DNA from: Psilocybe cubensis
Lineage: Eukaryota
Direction: 5' to 3'
NCBI GenBank assembly: GCA_017499595.2
Contig: CM039002.1
Span: 1,922,001-1,986,000 of the forward strand
Length of the DNA stretch: 64,000 nt
Below, one piece after another: positions 12,407-24,100 of the stretch; positions within the stretch are counted from its first letter, which is position 1, and every line of letters starts with the position of its first letter. The position numbers were made by a program, and so were the translations under genes. Below the pieces are notes generated by a model. That model was not told the DNA's origin. It saw only the letters and a program-made list of their open reading frames with translations, and did no database searches.

Positions 12407-14313
12407 ATGGGTCTACTCATGTCCCTTCCGCTCGCTGGCGGGCTAACGTCTGTAGCTACATCATGTTTTGCGGGCTTAGCCTTCTTTTGTACTTCTACCG
12501 CAGGTCTGCATTCACTCTCCTCGTATAAAATGTGCAAACCACTGAGGTGTTGCATTTTGCGCAGCATCCATGTTCTTCAAGTCATGTAACTGCAACTCCT
12601 CAATTGCAACTCGTGTCGGCTTCTGTGTATGCTTAAATTCAAGTTGAATTATTTGTAAATTGCGCTAAACCAGCATCAGTTAATATTCATGCTCAATTCT
12701 ATCCTTGCTTGGATCATGAAGACGGATTTTGCTATACGGCTGATTGAGAAGTGGAGCTTCGATTATATCAAGATGGTTTGTGCCGGAGAGCAATGCTATG
12801 GAGTGTTAGCAGTGCGTCGTTCTATCTTCTCTATCAGTCATTCGTCTCATAGTCTCACAGGTTCATCGTATTTGTTTTGCATTGGCATTGTTCCATCTCA
12901 TATTGAGCTCTCTTTTGATTGGTGTAAAGGATACGAAAGACAAACGTGCCGCCATACAGAACGGGTGAGCTTTCTGAAGTATGTATTTATTCGCTCAACT
13001 GACATTCCACCAGTTGGTGGGGCCCTAAAGTACTAGTCTGGCTTATCCTTGTGGGAATCAGTTTCGCCATTCCTAATGGCTTCTTTATGTTTTGGGGAAA
13101 TTATGTTGCTCTCATCGGTGCATCAATATTCATTCTCGTTGGTCTTGTGCTCCTTGTTGATTTCGCACACTCCTGGTCCGAAACCTGCCTCGAAAATTGG
13201 GAAAACTCATCATCCAACTTCTGGCAATGGGTCTTAATTGGATCAACGGCCGCAATGTACTCGTTCACTATCACACTGACCGGTCTCCTATACGCATACT
13301 TTGCGGGATCTGGATGTACCCTCAATCAATTCTTCATATCATTCAACCTCGCCTTGTGTATTCTCATCACCCTCATGAGCGTCCATCCTGCTGTTCAAGA
13401 GCGTAATCCCCGTTCAGGACTCGCACAATCATCCATGGTCGCTGCGTATTGCACATACTTGATCGTATCTGCTGTCAGCAACCATGTGCATGAAACCAAG
13501 CAGTGCAATCCTCTCCGAGATGGAAAGAAAACTCAGAAGGCGGTCCTCATCTTGGGTGGTCTCTTCACTTTCCTGGCGATTGCATATTCAACATCTAGAG
13601 CCGCAACTCAAAGTACGGTTCTGGTCGGAAAGGGCAAGAAAGGCCGCATTCATTTAAGTGAAGATGAGGGTCATTCGGAACTGGGCGTCGTAACGCAGCA
13701 ACCTGGACGCACCGAATCTCCACGGTATCAAGCTTTGCTGGCAGCGGTTGAGGCTGGGTAAGTCACAGCATTACTTGAGACGGATTTGAAGCACTAAGCT
13801 ATCGAATAGTGCAATTCCTGCCTCCGCGCTCCAGGAAGAGGACGACGACGACGATGAGGACGAAGTCGTCGGTGAATCTAGAGATGATGAACGTACGGGA
13901 ACACGATATAATGTAAGTCTAATGTTTTTCTTTTTTTTTAATAACACACTTACCCTTTTCACGTAGTATTCGTGGTTTCATGTCATTTTTTCGATTGCAG
14001 CAATGTATGTTGCTATGCTACTGACTGACTGGTAAGCCGTTTTGTCTGGTGTTTTTTTGATTTCATGTAAACTTACACTTTACAGGAACATCGTCTCAAA
14101 GAGCCCTATATCTGGGCCTGTTGATCCTGACTTCGATGTTTACATTGGGCGTTCGGAAGTAGCTATGTGGATGAGAGTAGTTTCAGGATGGGTTTGCATC
14201 TTCCTGTATATTTGGAGTCTTTTGGCGCCAGTTCTTTTACCTGACAGGTATGCCCATTCATCTTTCACTATGCGTTACTGTAGTCTAACACTATTAAAAG
14301 GTTCGGCGATTAA
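12407..14313 (+). CDS. TMS1: Serine incorporator (Serinc/TMS1) membrane protein
   Basis: CNCNSSIATR, CYGVLAVHR, AAIQNGWWGPK, LVLLVDFAHSWSE, NPRSGLAQSSMV, YNYSWFHVIF, LYIWSLLAPVLLPDRFGD*. Confidence 0.95.
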
Positions 14314-15252
14314 TTGTGTAGAATAATGCATTGAACTTTTTTATCATTACATGTACTCTATTTTGTCCGACGGCGCATGATATGAGAATGTCTTTCTGAT
14401 TACTCGATGACGTTGCCGGCTGGACTGGTTGTATATCACATCTTGGTCTCACGGCAGTCTACTGTGACAGTTAGAAGCCTTTCAGAATTTTAATCGCTAT
14501 ATCCGCGTACTTCTGTCCCTCAACTCTTCGTGTGCGCCCTTTGCACGAGTAGTATCACCGAAATGATCTCATTCAATGTCGGTTCACTGGCATCACAGCG
14601 TCATGGAGTCGGGGCTGGGCAGGGCATTCATTGTTCGGAAAGTGGATTCCAAGTCGATTCAACAAAAATAGCGCAGAATAGCGCATGTATCGAGATGTAA
14701 TGACACCGACAGACCACGGAGTGACCAAGGTTGGTGGCAAATATCGCTTCAACTTCAGACCTTTTCAAGACTTGGCCCTTGATGAACCATGTTCGCCGTT
14801 GCTAGTGAGCATCCTATAGGGGAAATTCCCACCGAGTACTAGATCTGATTTCCCGAAAACCATCCGCACCCCAGAGGCAGTCAGAAACGTACCGTTTCAT
14901 GGAGTTCCATGAAGATCTTGTTGTCTTTGAAATAAGTACTCTTCGATACAAACGCAGGAAAGTTGCCCGCGAACCTGTAATTATATACATACCAAGGGAC
15001 ATCAAACCCGATCACATTCAGGGTGATCGTAGCTCAAGGGAAAAAATAGCCAACAGATTGGAAATTTAGCTTTGATGGACTTGTTTACCCCTTGGACTTG
15101 GAAAACGAGGGCCGTCCAACAATTCCTCGCTCTTATATGCACGGATAGATCGCCTACGGCTTGTTCTTTGCCATTATCCCTGCCGATGTGTCTATGACCT
15201 CCTCTCCCCTTCTTCCTTTTCTTCTGTGTTTTGTTTTCGTGTCTGACGATCG

Positions 15253-17088
15253 ATGGTCAAGTCAATACAAGACCAATTGTGAGTTCCAATCCTTCTAATC
15301 GTTGTGATTTTTACGTTAATCGATCATTATTGGTTCATGCACTTAGGTTTGCTAATCAATACGTTGGGGCAGCGTCAATAAGTAGGGTCAAATAAATCAC
15401 AGTACTATCTGCGTGCTAATCAAGGACATTTTCAACCTTTAGCGATTCTTTTCTACGACTTTTTGTTGACGCTTCCTCGGGAAATTGAGTGCTTTTGGGC
15501 GACGGGACGCATTACATGGGTATCCGGCCTATTCTACCTAAATCGTTATTTTTCTCTCCTGGGACATGTGCCTGTGGTATTTGAATATTTTTCGAGATCT
15601 TCGAATCCAACGCGGCTTCAGGTGAGTTTCAGTCATCTTATCTGTATTCCTGGAGCCTTGCTGACAGAACACTTCCTTAATCACAATGAAGACGTGAGTT
15701 CATCGTCACTCATATTCTTCTTTGCTATTCAACTATTCCTAAATGTTCCTTATAACCTTCAGATGTGTGAAGCTTACAAACTTTCACCAATATCTCGCTG
15801 TGATTATACAAGTCGTCGTGGGTTGTACGTTGTTTATTACCCCTGAGTTCTCCGAACTCTCGTTTTTTAACCCGGTTTCTGGCAGTACTTCTTATCATAC
15901 GAACATATGCATTGTACAACTGTAGCAAACTTGTTCTTGCTGTGACGTGCTCGGCAGGGTTTGCGGTTATTTGCTACGGCGTAGTGCGTGGATTTCCTTA
16001 CCCCATAGCTTTCATATTCTCATCGTTATCCAGTATTGTGTTTTTAGCGGCCAAGAAATAGTCTACACTGTGGATGATCTTCCACCATTTGGATGTCTCC
16101 TGCCTCTTGAAGAAGCAGTGTTCGTGCATTCTGGTTCCAAAACTTTGAATTATCTCCTAACAATTATTTTTGACGGCTGCAGATCAAAAAGTAGTCTACA
16201 ACTTCTCGCTCTCCTAATTTATCACTCAAATTGCCCATGAGTATAGAACTTTCTCGGGCATGGACAGCAATGCTCGCTTTTGATATCGTCATATTCTCCA
16301 TGACTCTCTACAAATCACTTACGTATCGACGGGAGGGATCTCACATTCTTCAAATCATGCTTCGAGATGGTACGTCTGTGTAATATTGAATTCTTGTTAA
16401 ACACCGACAACAAGTGCAATAGGAACCATATACTTTGGGTATGTATTTACGTGTAATGCCAATCAAGTAAACTCTGTCAGATCATTGTCATCGCCTTTCT
16501 AGTGTTATGCTGGCATCTACCTCTTCAGTACTCCTATCTTTTTACGTACGTCCCATTCTTCAGTTGTTTTCACGTCTAAATGGCTCAAATGCTTTTAGTT
16601 ATTATCTGTGAGACACCTCAAGTTTATCTCGTAACCTATGTTCTGACCCTGAGTCGATTGTCAGGAATATGAACAGGGTATCACAGCCATTTTAACCAAC
16701 ATGTACGTATCTCCTATCTTCCATCTATAGAGAATTGGATATCGATGCTGGTCGATGGTTAGAATATCCTCCACAATGATTTCTCGCCTCATGCTCAACA
16801 TTCGGGATCCCAAAAACCGTTCCAGCCTTCGTCCAGAAGGGACGGCAGCGGAAACAAGGACTGGAGCCGTGTTTACAAGTATCATTCAAAGTTCAGCCGA
16901 TGGTCAATCCTTCGCAAGTCGGCAGGACACAGATACTGCTCTGCCAGTACATTCACGCTACAGCGGTATGCTTTTTAAAGGATTTTTCATCATTTATGTA
17001 TCTCAAACCAAATTTCATAGAACTCGACCGTCATGATTTCATGAACAATAGCATAGAACTCCGCATACGGACAACATCGCATACTTAA
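15253..17088 (+). CDS. DUF6533-type basidiomycete multi-pass membrane protein, many small exons
   Basis: ILFYDFLLTLPREIECFW...LFYLNRY, LIIRTYALY, AFDIVIFSMTLYK, IMLRDGTIYF, MISRLMLNIR match this family's recurrent motifs. Confidence 0.8.
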
Positions 17089-17487
17089 TGTAATTTAAAT
17101 AGTTGTACACTCTATATTGTATGTAATTCTATAGGTAATTGAGGACACAGGTGTTATTCCTTCGACACGAGATACATAGAATTTTTTTTTTCACTTTCAA
17201 CGTTCCCGGTTCGAGGTGGATACAAAATTATCCAGGTCTGCCATTATTCCCGGGAAATGAGTATCACATTCATGATTCTATCATTCACCCTATTATGTCT
17301 GGAGCCGCGCCTTGGCGTCAATAAATCAGAATGACTTCAGAAGTTCAGATGACTTGGTAATGAAATTCGGAACTAATCTTGCAAACCAGTGCAAATTAGT
17401 GACGATCCCTTGTTTTTTAACCACCGTGTTGTTATCTTCACATTTTTAAGTCCCACCCACAATCCGAGAGAGTCCATATTGCCACAA

Positions 17488-18321
17488 ATGCTAACTTGGC
17501 ATGATGGCCCTGCTCACTGGCAATTTATCCTGCTACGTTTAGGCTTCAAGCTGCCAGTTCACCCATATCCTTTGGCTCTAGCAGTGTCTGTCGTACTGCT
17601 AATCATCTCCGAGGCAAACAGTTTTTATGCTGGGAGCTCTGGATTTAAAATCGCTGCTTCTCTCTCATTTTTGGGTGCAGGAATACAGGCTGCTGGCGCA
17701 ACAGGTGACGCGCCCTTCAGATCTTCCGCCCTGATGGTGGCTGGTCTGGCGTTCAGTCTCGTCGGAGACATCTTCCTCATCCCTACTCCCAAAGTCTACG
17801 CCCAGAAAATGGCAAACTCGAAATCAGAAGCAGGATTCGCCGCCACTGACAAACAAGGAGACTCTTTATTATTCAAAGCCGGGACCTTTTTTTTCGCACT
17901 AGCCCACATCTCATACATCGCAGCATTTCTCTCCGATTCATCGTTAGCTGCGTTGCGTGTACCGGACTTCGCCCTTGCAGCTTCCTTCGGTGCAGGCCTT
18001 ATATATTGGTTGGGAATACTCCAAAGAAAACCTGGGCCAGATGCATGGTTCAATGTACCACAGGACATGCGCGGGCTTGTTATAGCCTATGTAACCATCA
18101 TTATGACTATGGTGGCCACTGCAACAGCAACCGATAAAGGACACCAGAAAATTGTTGGGGCGTGGACGTTCATGATTAGCGACTTGTTCGTTGCAGCGGA
18201 TGCCTTCGGTGTGAAGAAAGATCGGGTTCAACCTTCCCATGGGCAACGAGGCTGGAAAGCACGATCAGTAGGCTGGATTGCATATTTTGGGGCGCAACTT
18301 TTATTAGCTGGATCCATTTGA
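17488..18321 (+). CDS. YhhN-like (TMEM86/lysoplasmalogenase family) membrane protein, single exon
   Basis: GLAFSLVGDIFL, FKAGTFFFALAHISYIAAF, GAWTFMISDLFVA and WIAYFGAQLLLA are YhhN signature segments. Confidence 0.85.
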   Translation: MLTWHDGPAHWQFILLRLGFKLPVHPYPLALAVSVVLLIISEANSFYAGSSGFKIAASLSFLGAGIQAAGATGDAPFRSSALMVAGLAFSLVGDIFLIPTPKVYAQKMANSKSEAGFAATDKQGDSLLFKAGTFFFALAHISYIAAFLSDSSLAALRVPDFALAASFGAGLIYWLGILQRKPGPDAWFNVPQDMRGLVIAYVTIIMTMVATATATDKGHQKIVGAWTFMISDLFVAADAFGVKKDRVQPSHGQRGWKARSVGWIAYFGAQLLLAGSI

Positions 18322-18392
18322 TTTTTACAACTGCCTAAATGCATACAAGTAGGAAATACATCCGGCAATTATTCTCCTGCGTGTTTGGTTCT

Positions 18393-19482
18393 TCACAGCG
18401 TTTTCTCAAGGTCAATCAATTCAGCGAGGGTGTGGTATTGCTTGATTTCCACAAGATTATCGGGGTTGACCGTCTTGAGAGGACCACGAACGTATGTCTG
18501 GCCGTAACCAAAATGTTTGGAGACAACGGCTTTCACTCCTCCTATACCACCAATCTTCGAAATCGCCCAGTCTCCATGACCAAGTTTTCCTTGCAGCTCC
18601 ATGGCCTCTTTGATACTTCCTTCCTGAAATAATTTATAGAGACGACCATGCAGTTTGGGTAAGATATTAACCAATGCAGCAATTGCACCTGCACTTCCGG
18701 CGTTTAGGCCATGTAAAAAGGCGTCAGTGCGACCAGCGAAAACAGCAAAATCGTTGGAAGAAAAGCGGGTAGTAAGGCGGTGTAGTTTTCCTAAATTACC
18801 GCATGAGAGCTTGGTTCCAACGATGTTGGGGTGTTCAGCAAGAGCAGCAATGACATCCGAGTCGAGGTCGATCCCGGCGGTTACAACTGGGAAGTTGTAA
18901 ATCATAGTTGGGATGGGAGATGCGTCTGCAACCTGCCCATTTTAAGTAAATACAGTTATGACTATTTCCGTAAGAAGCCTACCGATCTATGAAACCGCAG
19001 AATATTTTCTACAGACATTTGAGGCGGCCAAGTTGAGGGAGTCAAAACAAGAGCATGGGAAGCTCCAGCTTCCTTAGCATCGGCGCACAATTTCTTTGTT
19101 TCGCGAGTAGATTGGGCGCCTGTACCAGCAATCACAAGAACGTTTTCGAAGCCATTTTCATCAAGGGTCTTTCGAGTGAGCGCGATGGCTTGTTTGCGTT
19201 CTTCATGAGATCTAACAAAACTGAGATTAGGTGTTTGTTATAGCATAACATCTCACGCGCACAAATGCTGTGCTTCACCGTTGGATCCTTGTACTAGGAT
19301 ACCAGTTACACCTCCCTAGAGAAAAAGTCCAAATATGAAGAATATAAATTCGTCAACTATGGACAACTGACCTGAGCTAGCCGCAAGACATGGGCTTTGA
19401 TGGAAGCTTCATCGAGATCTTCGTTTTCATCGAAGAAGAGAACGGCTGGAACATAGTATCCCGGGGGAGGCGACTTGGACAT
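18393..19482 (-). CDS. Dihydrodipicolinate synthase family (class I) aldolase
   Basis: MSKSPPPGYYVPAVLFF, GILVQGSNGEA, IAGTGA, MIYNFPVVTAGIDL, and HPNIVGTKLSCG with the Schiff-base Lys. Confidence 0.92.
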
Positions 19483-19769
19483 GATATCGACAGAAAAAAG
19501 CCATGTGTGTGTAATCGATGTTGTTCTTATAATAAGAAGCAGGAAGCAGTGGAGATCCGTTGGATGCTTGGGGAAGATAGTCAATCTTATCTAATCTCAC
19601 AATTCTATTTTGGTTTGTTTCGCATCCACGGCAAACATTTCGTAAATCACAACGCCGACGCTGGCTGCCGCCACATTTCGTCTCCACCACGCACAGCGAT
19701 CAGCAAGCCCTGCTATCGACAAACGCTTAGCCCTTAGAAAGTGGGAGCGCTGGACGCATCGTACCCGTC

Positions 19770-22746
19770 ATGCTTTCCCTTCTAAAACGTAGAATGGCTT
19801 CTGCGCCGACGTCTCAAAAGTCAGTAACCTATGGCCTACAGAATACAAGGCGGCAGCTTGAAACTGCTCGTCCAGCACGACGTCAATTTACGACCTTTTT
19901 GACTACTGGATCTCTTCGTCGAAGATATGCGTCCTCTCCATCGCCTGCTATGCTGAGGCATATGCACATTCGTGCCATCTCTTATTCTTCCATCCCGAGA
20001 TTTGTTGCGCGCGCGTTCCGTGTGCCAATTGCTGGAGCTACAATTGGGGCAGGAAGTTTTGGTTATGCGAACTATAAGTTTGAAGGTGCTTATTATTCAT
20101 CCTAACTTTAAACACACATTATCTTATCTACTACAGAAATGCGGACCAAAACCAATAAATGGATTAGTTCTGCACAGGACACCGTCAGCGACGTCTTTGA
20201 AACTGCCTCAGACAGTATAAATGCCGTCACTGCACGATTTGCCGACATGAAGTTACCAGAGATTCCGTCTGTAGAAGCACCCCAATTTTTAAAGGACTTG
20301 TTCACGGCCAAGCAACAAAACGAGGAAGATCCCAATCACGACCAAGAGCCCAAGAATTCGAACAACTCCCCCAATGATGCGGCAGCGATTGCCGCTCTTG
20401 TCGCTGCAACAATGTCATCTCCTTCGGACTCCAAAGATAAGCAAGATGGTCTCGCTGCCGACGCACGACAGAATGGACTTATGCACCTCACGCGCAAACT
20501 TATTGAAATTCGAAGTATGCTTTTGAGCATCGACCAGAGTGACGCTCTTAAGCTCCCCAGTATCGTTGTCATTGGTAGTCAAAGCTCAGGAAAGAGTTCA
20601 GTATTGGAAGCCATCGTGGGACACGAGTTCTTGCCAAAGTACGTACTTTCTACCATCCAGACACTGGATCTAATTTTATATTCCAGAGGCAACAATATGG
20701 TCACTCGTCGTCCCATAGAACTGACGCTTATCCATACTCCACCAAAGGACGGTAAAATTCCTGCCGAGTATGGCGAATTCCCTGGATTGGGTCTCGGGAA
20801 AATGAAAGATTTTACAGATATTCAGCGTACTTTGACAGAGCTAAACCTTGCTGTCCCTTCCTCGGAGGCCGTGTCAAACGATCCTATCGATCTGCGGATA
20901 TATTCACCTAATGTTCCTGACCTGACCCTCATTGACCTCCCTGGATACGTCCAGATCTCCTCGCTCGACCAGCCGGAAACCTTGAAGGAGAAGATTGCGT
21001 CCCTGTGCGAGAAGTACATCAGGGAACCCAACATCATTCTTGCTGTATGCGCAGCCGATGTCGATCTAGCCAATTCCCCTGCCCTCAGGGCTAGCAGAAA
21101 AGTTGACCCCCTTGGACTACGTACCATTGGCGTTATCACAAAGATGGATCTGGTTCCACCTGAGCAAGGTGCTGGCATTTTGTCTGGTAATAGGTACCCA
21201 TTACACCTCGGGTATGTTGGTGTCGTAGCCAAGTCACACGGTAAACGATCCAGCAACGACACAACTGTTGTCGCCAAACGTGGCGAGAATGATTATTTCG
21301 GCGCACATAGGGAGATCTTTGGGAGTCAAACTTCTCTTATGGTCGGTACGGATACCTTGCGTCGTAGACTTATGGAGGTCCTGGAATCCTCCATGGCTTC
21401 ATCATTGCATGGGATTACTAATGCCGTACAGTTGGAATTGGAAGAGGCAACGTACCAGTTCAAGGTACAATACAACGACAGACGCATATCACCTGAATCA
21501 TACGTCGCAGAGACCATGGATTCCCTTAAACTTCGTTTCAAGGACTTCACCCAGCAATTTCGCCGCCCAATTATAAGAGCTAAGCTAAAGGCCATGCTCG
21601 AGGATAAAGTAATGGATGTTCTCGAGCAACTCTATTGGTTAGACAAGCGCGCTCCGGAGCTTGGTGCACTAGGATCGGACCCCAAGCTCAAGCCCGAGGA
21701 TATTGAACCATACTGGAGACACAAGCTGGAGGCTGCCTCATCTCTTCTGACAAAATCTGGAGTCGGTAGAGATTCAACACTTCTGGTAGCCGATGGCCTT
21801 CGCTCTCTCATCGACTCCATAGCCACTGGCGAACCATTCAACTTCCATCCTCGTGCTGCCGAGCGCCTCACTGAATTTTCGCACATGATTCTGCGCGATC
21901 GCATTGGAGTCACATCTGACCAGGTTGAGAACTGTATCAAACCGTTCAAATATGACGTGGAAGTTGAGCCAAGAGAATGGGAAGCAGGTAGAGAAAGAGC
22001 GGTTCAGTTGTTTGAAAACGAAGTGGCAATGTGCGAGCAGAAGCTTCAAGAAATCAAGAAGAAAGTGGGTGGTGCCAGGAGGTTGAATGGCCTGGTTGGC
22101 TATCTCAAGTCGATTGAGGAAAAGCAGAAGGAGCGGAAACTCGCTGCGGATGGCGAACAAGTCGAGGAACAGCCTGTTGAATCTTACCGCTATCCCCCTG
22201 CTCAACTTTCTGATGGTGACTTTCTCTCCTTGACTTCGTTGTGGGATTTTCTGACTATTTGCTCTAGCGCGATATGCGATGATGTATACGGACCGTATTG
22301 GCATTCTTAAACTACGTCTCATGGCCTTAAAGTCCAAGAGATGTCGCGCTGGTCCACAGAGCGAGGCATTCTGTCCTGAAGCATTCTTAAATGTCGTCGC
22401 CGACAAATTGGCATATACGTCTGCTATGTTCATCAACATCGAACTTCTTGATCAATTCTTCTATCAGGTAATTGTTTATTTGCATGCTCGAAGTCTTTCT
22501 CTCGATGCTGATATCACGTTTTAGTTCCCTCGAGAAATTGACTCCCGACTTCTTTACGATCTTGATCGGAAGGAAATCGTTGAATTTGCGCGCGAAAATC
22601 CTGTTGTACGACGGCATCTTGATTTGCAGGAACGAAAGGACAAGCTTGAGGAAGTGATGAAGCAGCTTAATAGCCTCTCCACCCTCCGCGCCGACCCCCA
22701 GCCTGCACCCCGCCGGCATCGAGGTCTTTTCGGTAGCGTCTTTTGA
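19770..22746 (+). CDS. MGM1: Mitochondrial dynamin-like GTPase Mgm1/Msp1 (OPA1 homolog)
   Basis: Basic presequence, [41 protein letters not shown]...[12 protein letters not shown]. Confidence 0.96.
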
Positions 22747-23007
22747 GGAAATTTGGGAGGTTTTAATTGTTGGTGTCGATGTGGATTTCGATCGTTGTTA
22801 TTTAGGTTTTCTTTCTTTCATTATGTTACGCTACACATTCATCATTCGGATCTCTTTTGTTAGAATATGTTCTCAATACACTCCTCTCATTATCGTAATT
22901 CAAGTTTTGTTGAATATCATGTCATTGCTGCTTGCCCCACGGTGTCTTCCATGGAGGTATATTAAAAATATATAGTGGTAACGAGATGGGTGTGGATGTG
23001 AAATAAT

Positions 23008-23621
23008 CTACAGTTTGGCCTTGGCACCCTATATGCAAGGTCGTCAACGCCAAAGAAGTACTGGGACACAAAGAAAACGCACCTTTAGCACGGTGTCGAG
23101 TTTGGTGGCGAGCATCATGTTGCCTTTTGTCTTGAGCTTGCCGGTCATGAATGCCTTCTGGCCGTTAAGCTGTAGATGATGTCAGTTCACTGGAAGCCAA
23201 CATGAAACTATGGCGGAGAGCAACACTGTACCTTGCCATCGGCGAGGTCAACAAGGGTATCGTCGGCGAGGATGATAGTGACATCGGCTTTGGGGGCCTT
23301 GCCCTTGTAAACAGTCCCGGTCTTCTTCATGTCGATTGTCCATGTTACAGTCTCCTTTGCGTCATTGGTAACCTGGAGCTCGAAGATTCCATTCGTCTTA
23401 GAGGGTAATCGAATATAAGCCATCGGAATTCATGCAGAGAGCATTGCGTTAGTACCTTTTTGATTTGCGATTGTTTCTCAGCATCGGTGTACTTTGAGAA
23501 AGCAGTCTCGAGCCCTGCGATAAGTTCTGATGCCTGTTGTTCCGTCCCGCGTAAATGAATATACGCATTCGACTCCAGAGAAGGAACGCACTTTGAAACC
23601 TGGGACTTTGATATCTGACAT
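23008..23621 (-). CDS. Sterol carrier protein 2 (SCP2) domain protein, peroxisomal
   Basis: [54 protein letters not shown]. The last exon encodes GAKAKL*, a canonical PTS1. Confidence 0.92.
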
Positions 23622-24100
23622 GGCGTTTGCGAAAGGTGGGGTTGGTAGCGGTGGGGAAAAGACAACAGATGTGCCAGGCAATTTATGTTTTGGGGAAGCT
23701 GAAGAGACACGGTGTGCAGTTAGCATATGATAATTACCCGACATGTGACTGTCCGCGTTTCAACCACTACCGTCCGCCGGTCAATTCGCATAGTCTTTGG
23801 CCACAGTTTCTCGTCTTTTGTATCCTTCACTTCCTGTTAACTTCCCCTTATCTCCACTCGAAGGCTCCGGCACTGTCGAAGGGTCCTTGTGCAAGCAATG
23901 TAGATCGCTGAAAACTGAACATGCCCACCACACAACTCTCTATAGCCCATGCTCTGAGGCACTGGGCGTCAAAATAAGCAATTCACATGGCGTCGGGTGT
24001 TTTCAATGCTAAAGTATATTATTGATTGAAAATTCAATATTCTGATTCACTGCGTCTTGTTGGTAAGTACAGGTATGATTCCATTTCCACCTTTTGATTC

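Noticed and set aside
17200-17225. GGTTCGA resembling a tRNA T-loop
   Set aside because: No T-stem, acceptor stem or cloverleaf can be formed.
17488-18321. Intronless YhhN gene as a horizontal transfer
   Set aside because: Lack of introns alone is insufficient (MAF1 is intronless too), the family occurs in eukaryotes, and composition is unremarkable.
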